Source: Adineta vaga (Eukaryota > Animalia > Rotifera). Taken from it: a stretch of 64,000 nucleotides of DNA. A program made the position numbers and the translations under genes. Location of the stretch: assembly GCA_021613535.1 (NCBI GenBank), contig CP075497.1, positions 3,596,001 to 3,660,000 of the forward strand, given 5' to 3'. A model generated the notes under the pieces. That model ran no database searches and was not told the origin of the DNA. It worked only from the letters and a program-made list of their open reading frames with translations. The stretch's first letter is position 1. Each line of letters begins with the position of its first letter. This document shows, piece by piece, positions 14,288 through 29,617 of this stretch.

Positions 14288-15284
14288 ATGTCTCAAACAG
14301 TTACTCTTAGTTCTTCGAAAACAACGATTCCTCGTATTGGTTATGGTACAGGAACGAAATGGTACTCCGGTGATAATTCTAAACCAATTGATAAAGATTT
14401 AGTAAAATCTATTCATGATGCATTATCAATTGGTTATCGACATTTAGATGCTGCTGAAATGTATGGAACTGAAACATCAGTTGCAGAAGCATTACGTACA
14501 CAATCAATTCCACGGAATGACATCTTCATTACTTCAAAAGTATATAAAAATATCGAAAATATTGAAAAAGCGTGTACTGATGTTTTAACACGTTTGGATA
14601 TTGAATATCTTGATCTTTGGCTTATTCATGCACCATATTTTGATCGAAATAAGATTTCACTTGAAAAAGCATGGAGAGAAATGGAAAAATTAGTTGAAAA
14701 TGGTAAAGTAAAAGCAATTGGTGTTAGTAATTTTCAAAAGCATCATTTGGAAGAATTATTGGCTTTGAAACCAAAAATTAAACCAGCAGTTAATCAAAGT
14801 TAGTTGTTAAAAACAAGATTTCTTCATTCAATTTTTCTTCTTACAATCGTTTAGTTGAATTCAATCCATACGTTTATAAAGCATCTCGCGAATTAATTGA
14901 ATATTGTAAATCAAATGGAATTGCAATTGAAGCATATTCTCCTCTTGGACCAATTAGTTATAAACCAGGTGGACCAATCGATGAAGTTATAGAAAAATTA
15001 GCACAAAAATACAATCGAACACCTGCTCAAATTTTACTAAAATGGAATTTGATTAAAGGTTTGATTATTTTTGTTCATTGGCATATCTTTATGTACGTTA
15101 TTTAGGTGATATTGTGGTAACAACATCGAGCAAACGTGAACGATTAGAAGATTTTCTTAAAACCACTGATGAAAATTTCGATTTAACTGAGGAAGATATT
15201 AAAGCTATTGATGATGCAGGTGCAAAATTACATTTTCGTAAATATTGGACCAAAGAAATCGATGGACAAAAAGAAGATTTATAA
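14288..15284 (+). CDS. Aldo-keto reductase, fungal AKR3C (YDL124W/conjugated polyketone reductase)-like; introns 14799-14854 and 15059-15105
   Basis: IPRIGYGTGTKWY, GYRHLDAAEMY, IFITSKV, YLDLWLIHAP, KVKAIGVSNF, NQIEFNPY, EAYSPLGP, VVTTSSKRERL. The catalytic D/Y/K/H tetrad is intact. Confidence 0.9.
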
Positions 15285-15622
15285 ACATTTTATTGTAGTT
15301 TTTTTTTTTCGTATTAGAAAATAAAAGTTTCTACTTTATAAATCTGCAAGTATAATTATTTTGTTGTAATTTGCGTTCGATTTTAAGTACTAATGACTTA
15401 TTTGTCAAGATGATTGACGAGCGCTCTCTATATTATTATGTGCATTGTTTATTGGCCATTTCTAGTCCAGTATTTAAAAAACGCAACATAGAACAGAATC
15501 GAATAAAAAAATCATATCATTCATATTACGTTACTATTAGTTTATGTGAAGATCTTTATCTTCATTAAAAAATAACGATTTTCTACCTATTTCATATCAA
15601 ATGAAATTTCTTATTTAATTCG

Positions 15623-17960
15623 ATGAAAAATAAAAGTCATTATGTCGTCGATTTAGACGATAAATTTCATTCATCAGCAAGATCTTCATCACTCTATCGT
15701 GTAGGAATATTTAGACCATTTATTGTCTTTTGTTTTTGTTAATGTACATCAACTAATCTAATTTAGTATTGGCGGCAATTACACAGACAACAACGGATTT
15801 TTATTATTGTTCTTATTGCGTTACTGATATTTGTTTATTTTGGTTATCGTTCTCATTCTACAGAACCAATCAAAACTCTACCAGACAACTCTATTCGAGA
15901 AGAAATCGATAGAGAAAAACAAGCATGGCAACGAAAACGAATCGAAGTAAATTTGATGAAAACAAAGAAATCTTTAGCGAAAATCTTTCTTCATTTAGGA
16001 AAATCAATCTAATAAACATAAAGTTGAAAAACAAATCTTTTTTGGTCAGTAGAATTTTTGAAACTAATTGATTTAAATTAGTCAATAAATAGATCCTACA
16101 AATGAGCGACAAATAGCAGTTAGAGATGCAATGCGACATGCTTGGAAAGCATATCGAACGTATGCATGGGGTGACGATGAATTTCGAACTCTTTCCAAAG
16201 CACCATCACCATGGTTTGGACTTGGTTTAACTATTGTTGACAGTATCGATACATTGTATATTATGAATATGACTGAAGGTATGTGAATAGAAAAAGAAAT
16301 GAATCTACCGTTTTATATTATGCAAAGATTTTCATTTTAGAATATAAAGATGCTCGTGATTGGATTGAAAAATCTCTGGATGTTGATTCGAATTCAGTTG
16401 ACAAATTTAATTCACATTTTGAAATAACAATACGAATTCTCGGTGGTTTACTTAGCATATATCATTTATCAGCTGATGAAATATTTTTAAAACGAGCAGT
16501 AAGAAATTTCAGAAAGAAAAAATTATTTGATATTAACAAATTTGTTTTTGTAGATAGAATTAGGAGATCGTTTACTTGTTAATTTCGATACTCCAACGGG
16601 TCTACCATTAGCTGAAATAAATATTAAACGAAAAACTGCTAGTGGTTATCGGTATGTTGTAGACGTTATGATGAAGATTTGTTTTAGAATGTATTTTTAT
16701 TTTAGATGGACTTCTGATTCAGCTCTATCAGAAGTTGGAACTGTACAAGTAGAAATGCGGGATTTATCACGCGTTAGTGGCGATAAAAAATATGAGGTTA
16801 GTTTTTTGTCAAGGAAAAATGCAAAAACTTATTTGTTTGTTTATCTAGAATGCAGCTGATAAATCTTCAGCTGTTCTTCATAATCAATCAAAGAAAGATG
16901 GGCTTGTACCGATATTTATCAGTCCATTAACGGGTCGATTTTCTGGCGGAGTAGTTTCTTTCGGTGCACGTGGTGACTCATACTATGAATATTTGCTCAA
17001 GCAATGGATACAAACAGGACAACAAAAAGCTGTGTAAGTATTGTTTTATCGAACGATAATATAATTTATTAGATTCGAATAGAACTATTCATATGATATC
17101 TATGTTAATACGACATTTTGAAAATTTGAATTTTATTCTAGGTTTTGGGATGATTGGATTGAAAGTATCGGTAAGTGGAGGAACAAAAAGTCTGCTATTA
17201 ACTTTAAAAAAAATTGAATTTAGGTGGTGTACGTAAACATCTTTGGCGTTTAGCATATCCTGAAAAACTTTATTTTGTTGGTGAATTAATGGGTATGTCT
17301 ACATTCTCACCAAAAATGGTACGATCTATAAATTTCTCGAATATTTTGTGACTAAACTTTCTTTTCAAATAGGATCATTTAGTTTGTTTTCTCGGTGGTA
17401 ATATGGCACTTGGATGGTATTTTAAAAAAGATTTAACTTATTTACTTGATATGGCTAAAGATTTAACAAAAACTTGTTATGAAATGTATGCTAAACAAGA
17501 TACAGGACTTAGTCCTGAAATAGCATATTTTAATATTGATGCTCAATCAAATGAACAAACATTAACTGTTCGCGTATGTCTGAAATGAATTATCTTATAC
17601 GAAAACATCAATTTCGTTTTGTTTCATTTGTAGGACAATGATGCTCAAAATTTATTACGTCCTGAAACAGTGGAATCATTGTATTATCTATATTATTTGA
17701 CGGGTGATACAATTTATCAAGAATGGGGTTGGAAAATTTTTCAATCATTCGAAAAATATACTCGTCAACCGGATGGATATGCATCTATTAGTGATGTTCG
17801 ACATAAGGATAATGTTCGACCACGTGATAAAATGGAAAGCTTTTTTCTTGCTGAAACATTGAAATATTTCTACTTACTTTTTGATAAAAAAAATCTATTT
17901 CCTTTTGATCAATGGTTATTTAATACCGAGGCACATCCTCTACCAATTTATACACATTAA
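15623..17960 (+). CDS. MAN1B1: ER mannosyl-oligosaccharide alpha-1,2-mannosidase (GH47), multi-exon type II membrane protein
   Basis: N-terminal [10 protein letters not shown] followed by a TM helix; [105 protein letters not shown]. Confidence 0.93.
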
Positions 17961-18272
17961 TCAATAAAAAAGAAGGATTTTGTTGTGCGTTTTTTTATCA
18001 TTATTATCTTGTCTGATACATGTTATTTTGTTTCTTCTATCTTCTTTCCGGTGTTGTTATAAATGATGTAATCAATATCGATGTAAAAGTGAGAATTAGT
18101 TCCTTTTTTTTTCTCCTCTTGTTTCTATCATTTGGCATCCTTATATTTGAAGACAAAAAAAAGTCATAAAAGAGATTATCATATGTTTACATTCATTTTC
18201 TTATGTCTTTATCGTTTTTCAGAGTACTATAAAGCATTTATTTTTATACTATTTTTAAAAATTCAACTCGTT

Positions 18273-19492
18273 ATGGCAACCGAATCTCAAGTATATACAA
18301 TTATTCATTAAGACTATCATCTATTCACTTAATCCTTTCTTTAGAATGAAACTCAATCAAAATCTCAACCAGTACTGCAACCCTTATTTCCTAAAGCTAC
18401 TGAAATTCTGTTTCATACAGGAAATACGATCTCATCACTGAAATTGTTAAATCAACCAAATTCATCTGTTACTGAACAAGTAATATTCACTTCAAAGTGA
18501 ATGTTTTACTTTATTTTTCAATTAGATTACAACGTATATGTCACAGTTGTTAGAAACAATGAAGACAAATATTGATACGAAATCATTTCAGGTGAGATTT
18601 TTTAAAAGAATATTTTAAAAATAGCAAGACATCTTTATTTTTAGGAAGAAAAATATATCAAATTACTTCCTATTCAAGATGACAATCAACCAATCGCTGA
18701 TAAAGGAGCAGCAGCAACAGCAAGTGTTCCTCCGAATGAGAGTGAACAATTAACCCGAAAAGATTTAAAATTTTCAGTAAAAATCTTTCTTCGTACATTA
18801 GAACCTGAAATTTTAACACATACAATCAATACTAGTTTGTTTCTCATTGACTTCAATAAATCAAAGAAAAAAAATCCAAACTTCTATTTTCTTTTTAGTT
18901 TTTACTGAATTAAAAGAGAGCTACTTGGAAAGTGTAATGATCTCATTACCTAATTATGGTTCACAAATAACCTTGGATCAATTTATGCCTTTATGGAATG
19001 TTATAGAAGATTTTATTGATAAAAAAAAGATTTTATCAGCAGGTGTTTGCGACTTTATGCTTCCACTATTATCGGACATATCTAATGCTGCAAAAGTAAT
19101 TCATTTTCTCAAAATTTTCAATTGCCTATCGTATTCTCTTCTTTAGCATAAACCCTTTGCAAATCAAATCAATCTAGGTGTCTGTTGTTCAATTCCTGAA
19201 GAACTCAGTAAATATGTTAAGGAAAATAATATTCAACTTTTAACTCATAGTGATCCTATTGGTAAAAATCTATTCGAATTTTATATTACGAAATAATTCA
19301 ATTATCATTTTTGTAGATGTGTTAACTGATTCCGATTTTCAACAAACAATTCGAGAATATGGTCATAATTATGATGGATTAAATTGGAGACCATGCTCAC
19401 TTGTTCGTTATAGTTGTGTGATTACTAATCGAGGAATTATTAAAAGTAAAGGTTTTCTTATATATGCTAAACGTGAATTATATATGCCTTAA
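18273..19492 (+). CDS. GCLM: Glutamate-cysteine ligase modifier subunit
   Basis: HTGN near the N-terminus, FSVKIFL, GVCDF, NQINLGVCCSIPEELSKYVKENNIQLLTHSDP, VRYSCVITNRGIIKSKGF. Confidence 0.9.
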
Positions 19493-22400
19493 TATCATGA
19501 ACTTTCCTTTCAAATATTTTTTCACCCTCAACTTTTTCTTAAACAAAATTCTATTTTCTTCCTTCTTTTTGTTTTGTTTTCTAACGAAATCAAACTGACG
19601 ATGTGTTGTTTTTATACATCTATGTAATGATTAGTTGTTACGAAATAAAAATCAATTCATAAATATTTATATGGAACAAATATTTTATTTGAACGTTAAT
19701 AGAACATGTTAGATGAATATATATATATTATTAACTAAATAATCTGTTCCCAAGATCCATAGAAAAACATCTGTTGAAATAAAGTTTAGCTTTTAATCTT
19801 TCTTTTTGATAAAAAAAAAAGAACCCGAATAAAATCTTTCTTTATATTCTTCGAATAATCCTATGATCTCAATCGACTATGACAAATTCATTTAATAAAT
19901 AACAAATTTCAATTGAGACACTCTACAAAAGCGAATAAATGTCAATAGATAAAATAGGTAAGGTTTAATGTCAAATACGTGTCACAATCGTATATCATCG
20001 ATAGATAGAGAAGAATTTCCGTCATATGATTTGAACAAGAAAATTTCTTGGTGACATTGTGTTCAAGGTTATGTTTTTGGTAATGTCTTGTATTATCATC
20101 GAGAATATTCGGAAATTGATCGGTTTTGACATGATTTTAACAACCAGATGGCAGAAACATAAGCTGTCATGTCTGAAGTAAACCGGATAGAACAAAACAT
20201 AGAATATCAATGGAAAAAAGAACTTTCATTCGACATGTTAAATATTATCAACGAACAACAAGACAAGGTGAGTTACAGTCAAAATTGATCGGTCGATCGA
20301 TCGATCGAAAACAACTGCTTGGACATTTTAATAGTATTACAAATGCTTGACGATCGTTAATCGATCCGAGTAATGAAATTTGTTAAGTGTCAACGACTAA
20401 TAGAAGAAAGAAAATCTAAGTCAATTATTTCGTTCATGATAAATGTCAATTTCTTACGCAATAGAAATTTCTCCCTAAATCTATCTATCTATCTGGTAAT
20501 AATTCCCTAATGACCTTGTTATTAGAAATCAAAGAGAGAAAATACTAATATTATTCATATTATTGACTCATCTGTTCAGATATTCTCAATTTAGGTCAGA
20601 TGCAATATGCTCAACAGATTATTCTTTTATTGTCTTTGTCTTTATCAGATTTGAGATTTATTTTTAGGATCATTGAATAATCTTCTCATTAATATATGAA
20701 TTTATATGACATCAGTCAATTCTTAACTGATATAAATTGAAAAATTCTCAAAGTGTTTTATAGATGTAAGTATCATAAATATATTTCGATTCAAAGAACG
20801 ACGAAAAACAAAAAAAAACGTCATTGAGTTTGTTTCTTTTGTTTATTTCATTCTGTTATTATTCAATAAAATATGATTAAAGTAAGATAGAAGAAATGTT
20901 ACTGTCAATCGATGACATGAAAAACAACGAGGAAAGTATATTGATAGAAATTTTTTGTTTTCCATAGAGATTCGAAATAAGGCATCTGCTTTTATCTATT
21001 TAATCTGATTAAAATAAACCAAGGAAATACTTCTCAGAGGTAGATCTATTTCGAAGAGGGAAGAAATAATCTAAATAAAACAAATTATTTGATATTTTTC
21101 TCTTCCAGAACATGTTGTTTTTTTCATTCCGAGTGATAATTAAAGCGATAGATACAAATAAACAAAAATGGTGTACATTACTGATTTCGAGTGTTTTTGA
21201 TCAAAGAAGCAATACTAATGTTATAAAAGTAATTATTTTTCGTACGTAGATTAGTGCAAAAACACATGAAATGATTAAGAAATCTTTGAAGTATTTAAGT
21301 ACTTTTTTTTTGGATGAAAGTTTAAATTGTCAGTGAGACTAGAATAGAGACTTGTTTCTTTTATCGTCGTTGTCAACAGAGATTTTCTTATTAGCACTTA
21401 CTACGCTTTTTGATGTTTAATATTTGCTTTTGGACGAAATAGCATTCTATTTATGGTATTTCTTATCCAGTATGACACCATTGAAGTGTAAACAATGTCA
21501 TCAAAATAAAGATGAGTTGTTATTTTTATTGGTACCATAGATGAATGTTACTAATTCATACACTTCAGATTTTTTTTCTGTTTTGAAGGCAATTTTTATC
21601 TTCTATGAGAAAGATGTCTTTCGACAATAGAAACGATGAAAAAGAAAACGAGGAAGAATAGAAGAGAATACATTTTTGCAAGTCACAATGGTTCTGTTAC
21701 TTTTTCTTTGCAACAATTTTCGCTGTATACTTACTAGACCCTTACTAGTTCTTTTGTATCTCTTCTAGTGTTATTATGTGTAAACCTAGAGATAGAAAAG
21801 AAAAAGTCGATGATTATTATGTCTTTTTCTCTCTTACTCAAACTCTATAACATATATACATACATAATACATAGAGTTGTAATCAAGCACTCATCAAATG
21901 TCATTGCTCGTCATCTATCATCATTGCCAATCGAGCATAGATAGATCTATCTATACATATGTATGTAAAGACACAAGAGATCATGCTAAATGAATCGAAA
22001 TTCTATGGTGGTAATTTTCTGCCTAGTTTCTTTTAATTTTTTTTCGTTACTAAATCAGTGTTGACACTCTATTAGATGATTTTATACAAGCCATTTTATT
22101 TTGTTATGTTTTTTCTTTCTTAGATCGACGAGTATCACTATGCGATTTGCACTGACTTCATTTATTTTGTCTATCAACTAGACTAACTATATGTTTGTAT
22201 ACTCATCATGAAACGTCCGTCTATCGTCATCACTCTACTATCCATCCATTGATAAACAAAACTGCACATAGTAGGCTTCATTTGTTTGATTATTGGAAGA
22301 GTCAGAATAAATCTGAGCAAGTAAACAAACGTTCGTGTGAATTTATTTTTTAGAACAAATGTCTTCTTGGTAAGCTGTCAATAGTGTTTTTCTTTCTTAT

Positions 22401-23376
22401 TATATTTCTATGTTGCTGACGTTATTTCACGGATTTCTCTTCTTGACATCAACACGTTTGAATAGGTGTGCATATACATTATTCTCATAGTAGTCAGACT
22501 TTGTCAATATGAAAGGAAAAATGTAAAAGTGGATGACTTGTCTCTCATTTGTCATTTGTTAAGAACTAGTTCAAAGAAGGGAGAAAAAAGGAGGAAATCA
22601 TTGCAAATACTTGATTCTCAGTTGGTTCATCATCAACATCACTTCTGGATTGGCTCATAAGTAATAAATATAATAAGTGTGTTAGAAATCGTCTATCTCT
22701 CTAAGCGCATAGATGTCTTCTTCACAGCGTTCTAATTATCCTTCGTCGTCTACTCTCTAATGTTACCCATATGGTACTAACAGCAATGATAATGATGATG
22801 TTATAAGCGAGACAAAATAAATTAGAGAAGTAGGACTAAATTTATTTTATACATCGGTCCTTTTTTTCGAATATCTAACCCATTTCGATTGATGAAGAAT
22901 ATGTACGCAGTGTTATTGTTGTTGCGAATGAAAGAATGAAGAGAAATCGATCTGTTTTCTCTCTGTTTTTTTTTTCTTATCTCATGACAAAAGAAAAAGT
23001 TAATAGAAAAAACTTGTTCTTTGCGGTTTAGCTAAATGTAATGATTGTCATGGTCTACAATTTCAACTAAGGAAAAAAAGACTAAGATGATTGAGACTTG
23101 AAATGATAACTTTTTCGTGTAAAAGCTTGAGGGCATTGATTTTCTCTGTATTAGAAGTGATTGTCAATGCTTGATTGTTATTTGCTCTGATTTTTTCCTT
23201 GCGCTATGAGAAAAAAAATCGGAGTAAAAAGCAACAACACCCTCAAAAAAAATCGGTGCCTAACGGAAGAGAACTGAGTGAAGGCGAGAAGAACTTGAAC
23301 AACAACGATCAAAAACTAAAACAACAATTCGCTATTGTCAGTAAGACAGTACTTGTTTTTTTCCTCTAAATTTTTT

Positions 23377-23395
23377 ACACACACACACACACACA
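23377..23395. repeat. (AC)n microsatellite upstream of the PKA-RII gene
   Basis: An (ac)n run is directly visible. Confidence 0.8.
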
Positions 23396-24000
23396 TCGTT
23401 TTACCTCGTTTCAATCCAAACTCAGTCTTGGGTAAAAATCAAATTGAAGACATTGAAACGAAAAAACGCCAAACAGGTGAGATTCAAAAGAATTTTTTTA
23501 TATAAGAAAGAACCAAATTAACACATGAATGTATAAACAAGTACTTATATATTTGATTGAAGACGGTGAGTACTTTTTCTCTATTTGAATTCAACGAACC
23601 AAAATTATTATTAATGCAAACAGAATTCGAAAACAACATCACATACGTTTTCTTTTTCAGATATTAACAAAATGTGCTGTGATTAGATATTGATTCGTGA
23701 TTTCTTTCTTTCTCTTCTTCTTCTTCTGTCATTCGAATTATTCAAACGGTAAAATACTTCTATCGACTCTAACCTGAATACTAAGTCATATATGAAATAT
23801 GTTTCCTCTAGAGATTAAATATACGGACATAAATGTCTATATCAAATAGAGAAAGACGACATGATCATATAGTAATAATGATAAAAAATGTTCTTTTCTC
23901 TACATTTTTTTACTTCAAGTGATAATATAAAATCTGTATGTGTCTTTTCTTTTCATTCGTATGATTTTTTTCAGATATATTCATTCTATATTATCAACTA

Positions 24001-26488
24001 ATGACACAAATTGAAATACCGAGTGAATTACCAAATATTCTTCGAAATTTTACATTAAGTGTATTACGTACTAAACCTCGAGATATTATCGATCATGCTG
24101 TTGATTATTTTACTCAGTTACAACGTCAACAGAAACAATCTATAACCGGCAACAATTCAGTTCCTCCTTCCCCTTCTTCTTCTTCTACTGCTCCTACATC
24201 GTCATCGAAAACCAGTCAACAAGTTAAATTACAACATCAAACATCGAATCACAATGTTATATCATCAGGTCTATAGCTAGTTAGCTAAAAAGAATTTTTT
24301 TTGATTCTGTTAATGGGTTTCTAAGGCATTTCCTGATGTGCAGAAAGCTCCCTAAATCACACAAGAAAAACATCATTATTCTCACATCTCGTTCGTTGAG
24401 GTTTCACTATTTTTTGGACGTGAAAGAAAAAAGTAAGATTAACAAATATTTCATTCGTTTTGATGAAGTAAACAGCATAAAATAATAGAAAACATCTATA
24501 CATACAGATTCATTCATTCGATTATTGCTTTGAAATAGAAAACAGGTAACGTTAGTTTTCGTTTTTCTCTTTTCATCTAAAATCACCATTTTAGATCTGA
24601 TACAATCTATTCTATATAAGTACTTCGAGATTTATGTATCCGGTGTCTCACTGTCGATAGAATGTTCATTGAAGGACATCATTGTTTTAATATTTTGAGT
24701 TAGACATAACAAAAAGAAAAATTCAAACTTCGAAAAAGATAAGCAATCGTTTGCTGCCTGACATGCATATGCAATAAATATATTTTTATTTCGTGTTTGA
24801 CTCTGATTAACGATAAGAGTTACATTAGAAGAAAACAATATATCTTTTTTCTCTAACCTCATCGACCATCCATTGCATTACAATCGATCCTTTGAGACCG
24901 ATCAATGAATGATTTTACTGCTTATAAAAACAGATAGATTTTACAATATTCTAGTCATTTTCTTTTTCTTTATCTTGACAGTTAGTCTCGAAAGACTAAA
25001 GGAGAATTTCGAAAAAAACAAAAGAAGATGACGTAAATTAATAAGCGAGTAAAGCAACTAAATATTATTCGAATAGAAAAATATTTTATTGATCTTTTTT
25101 TATCGATTGACTTAGTTAATCTATTCGTCTTTCTCGTACTAACTAGATTATGATCGACAGTAAGATAAAACAGTAGTCACAGTACACATAACAAAAAATG
25201 AGAATAAAATATGAATGTTATCTAACGATTATTCTTTAGAAGACGTTCCAAATACAGAAGTCAATCAAATAACATCGGAACAAGAGAAAGCAATGATAAC
25301 AACAGACAATGGTGATCTAGCGAATTTATCCGTTGATCGAACGTCATCTGGATCAATTGGAGAAAAATCAGATCATGAAAATCGATCAAGTGGAGAAGAA
25401 GAACAAGAACAAGAAGAAGAAGATGATGATGAAGATGATGATGAGAAGAACAATACCGTAGATGATTTAGCACATGAAGAAGAAATGCGTGTACGTATAG
25501 AATTGATTTAATCAAAAAAAAATATATATGAATTCTTTTCTTTTTTTTAGCGTCATTATGTGAAAAAGAATGAAAATCGTCGAGTATCTGTTGCAGCTGA
25601 ACGATATAATCCTGAGGATGATACTGATTCTGATAATGAACAGTCTCATGTTTATCCAAAGACGCCTGAACAACGACAACGTTTGAAAGATGCTGTTTGT
25701 CATAATTTATTATTTCGTACATTAGAAGCAAAACAAATCGATGAAATTCTCGATGTAATGTGGGAAAAAACAGTTAAAAAAGGCGAAACAATTATTCAAC
25801 AAGGTAAAGTTACAATTTTTCTTTCTTTTCTCGTTTAATAATCTGTTTCTAAAAAGGTGATGGCGGTGATAATTTTTATGTTATTGACAGTGGTATCTAT
25901 GAAATTTTTGTATCAAAAAAAGAAGATTTTAGTGATCCATTTAAAGTTGGCGAATATAATCAAACAGGTTCATTTGGTGAACTTGCTCTTATGTATAATC
26001 AACCGCGTTCGGCAACGATTATTGCAAATACAGATGGTATTTTATGGGTCATGGGTCGACAAACATTTCGTAAACTTGTTTTAAAACATGCATTTCGTAA
26101 ACGACAAATGTATGAAAATTTCTTACGTGATCTTGCTATATTACAATCATTAACTGATTATGAACGATCGAATGTTGCCGATGCATTAATACCTGTTGAA
26201 TACAATCAAGATGAAGTTATTATTAAACAAGGTGATGAAGGCAATCGAATGTTCTTCATTGAAGATGGAGAATGTGATATCTATATGAATGAAAAGTTCC
26301 ATAAACGTTTATCCAAAGGTGATTATTTTGGCGAATTAGCATTGCTAAATCATGAACCTCGATCGGCAACAGTTATTGCTGCTAGTACAAAAGTTAAATT
26401 AGCGTCATTAGAAGTCGAGTCATTTGAACGTTTATTAGGATCATGTATGGATTTAATACATCGAAATACGTCCAAATATTTAAAATAA
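24001..26488 (+). CDS. PRKAR2: cAMP-dependent protein kinase type II regulatory subunit
   Basis: RIIa docking/dimerisation domain (IEIPSELPNILRNFTLSVLRTKPRDIIDHAVDYF), substrate-type inhibitor site RRVSV, and two cNMP cassettes (FGELALMYNQPRSAT and FGELALLNHEPRSAT). Confidence 0.93.
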
Positions 26489-27783
26489 ACTATCCAATGA
26501 GTACCATGATCATTACCATCTGTTTCTCTTCTTCTTCTTCTTCTTCATCATCATCTTGTTTTATATTATAATAACATTTAGAAAAAAAAGAGATTATACA
26601 CATGATAGAATATTAGTATTTCGATGTTTTCTTTTTCTTTTTCTTGCTTTTTTTAATTAAAAAGGAGAAAATATATACTTGGTCGAAATGAAAATATTAC
26701 CGATTTATATGAACGACAAATTCTTAAACGAAAGGACCATTTGATATATATATATATATATATTTATACGAACAATCGAAATGTTATTTGACGATCGGAT
26801 TTGATTAATCAAATTCGATTGGTATCGTCATCGGATTAAGACTAAAATGATTATAACCTGATTGCAGATAGATGAAACATATTTGTTATTGGAGAAAATT
26901 CACAACAGGATGTTACTAATGCAGAGCGAAAAAAAAGCAATCGTTTCTAAGCGTTTTCTATTGTAATACTTATTGAATCAAAATTTCATTGTTTCCTACA
27001 CATTAATGTATAGTTATTCAATTGTCTATCTTCCTTCCCTTTGTCGACGTTTATATATGTTAGAAAACATGAAGACCTTGAAGATTTTAAAAGTTATTTT
27101 TATACAAGATAGCAAGTACAAGAGTCAATTAATGTCAATTTCGATTATAGTTAAGAAGAACTTTGATATATTAAATTGTTGATCTGACAAGAGTAAATTA
27201 GTAAACAAATGATCGGCAAGGCCATATTAACATCATGTTCAACTTGATTTGTATCGATTCAGTGAAATGAACTGCTCGATCTTTTTTTGTTAACTTAGAG
27301 ATTAAAATTAATTCAAGCATTCTGTTTTCTTCTAATTATTTATGCCATATGTGAGTTTTGAAGAGATAAGATGCAAGTTAGATTTCTTTTCTTTTGCAAT
27401 ATATGTGCATAGACAAAAACGAAAAATGAGAATATATAATGTTATCAGTTTTGAAGAAAAAGCAAAAACGACTTTCTTCAAATGAGATCACAGTGCATTA
27501 GCTAATGAGAAAATTCTACAACAATTAATAAACAAAAAATACAAAAACAACCGGTTGCCCTGTATATGAGCAGAACAATAGATGTCTTACTCATTTGCTT
27601 ATATTGGTACAGATGTGCTAGAGAGATATCAGTCGTGATAGATGCAGAGAGAAAGAGGGAAAACTGGGAAGAGGTTCAAAACTTTTCTCGAATAAATACT
27701 TAAGAGATTGCTAGTGATATGACAAAGACGGATTAGAGATTTATAAGACAATATTAAGCTCTATAGGAGATATTCGCGTTTGA

Positions 27784-29617
<1,834 letters not shown>

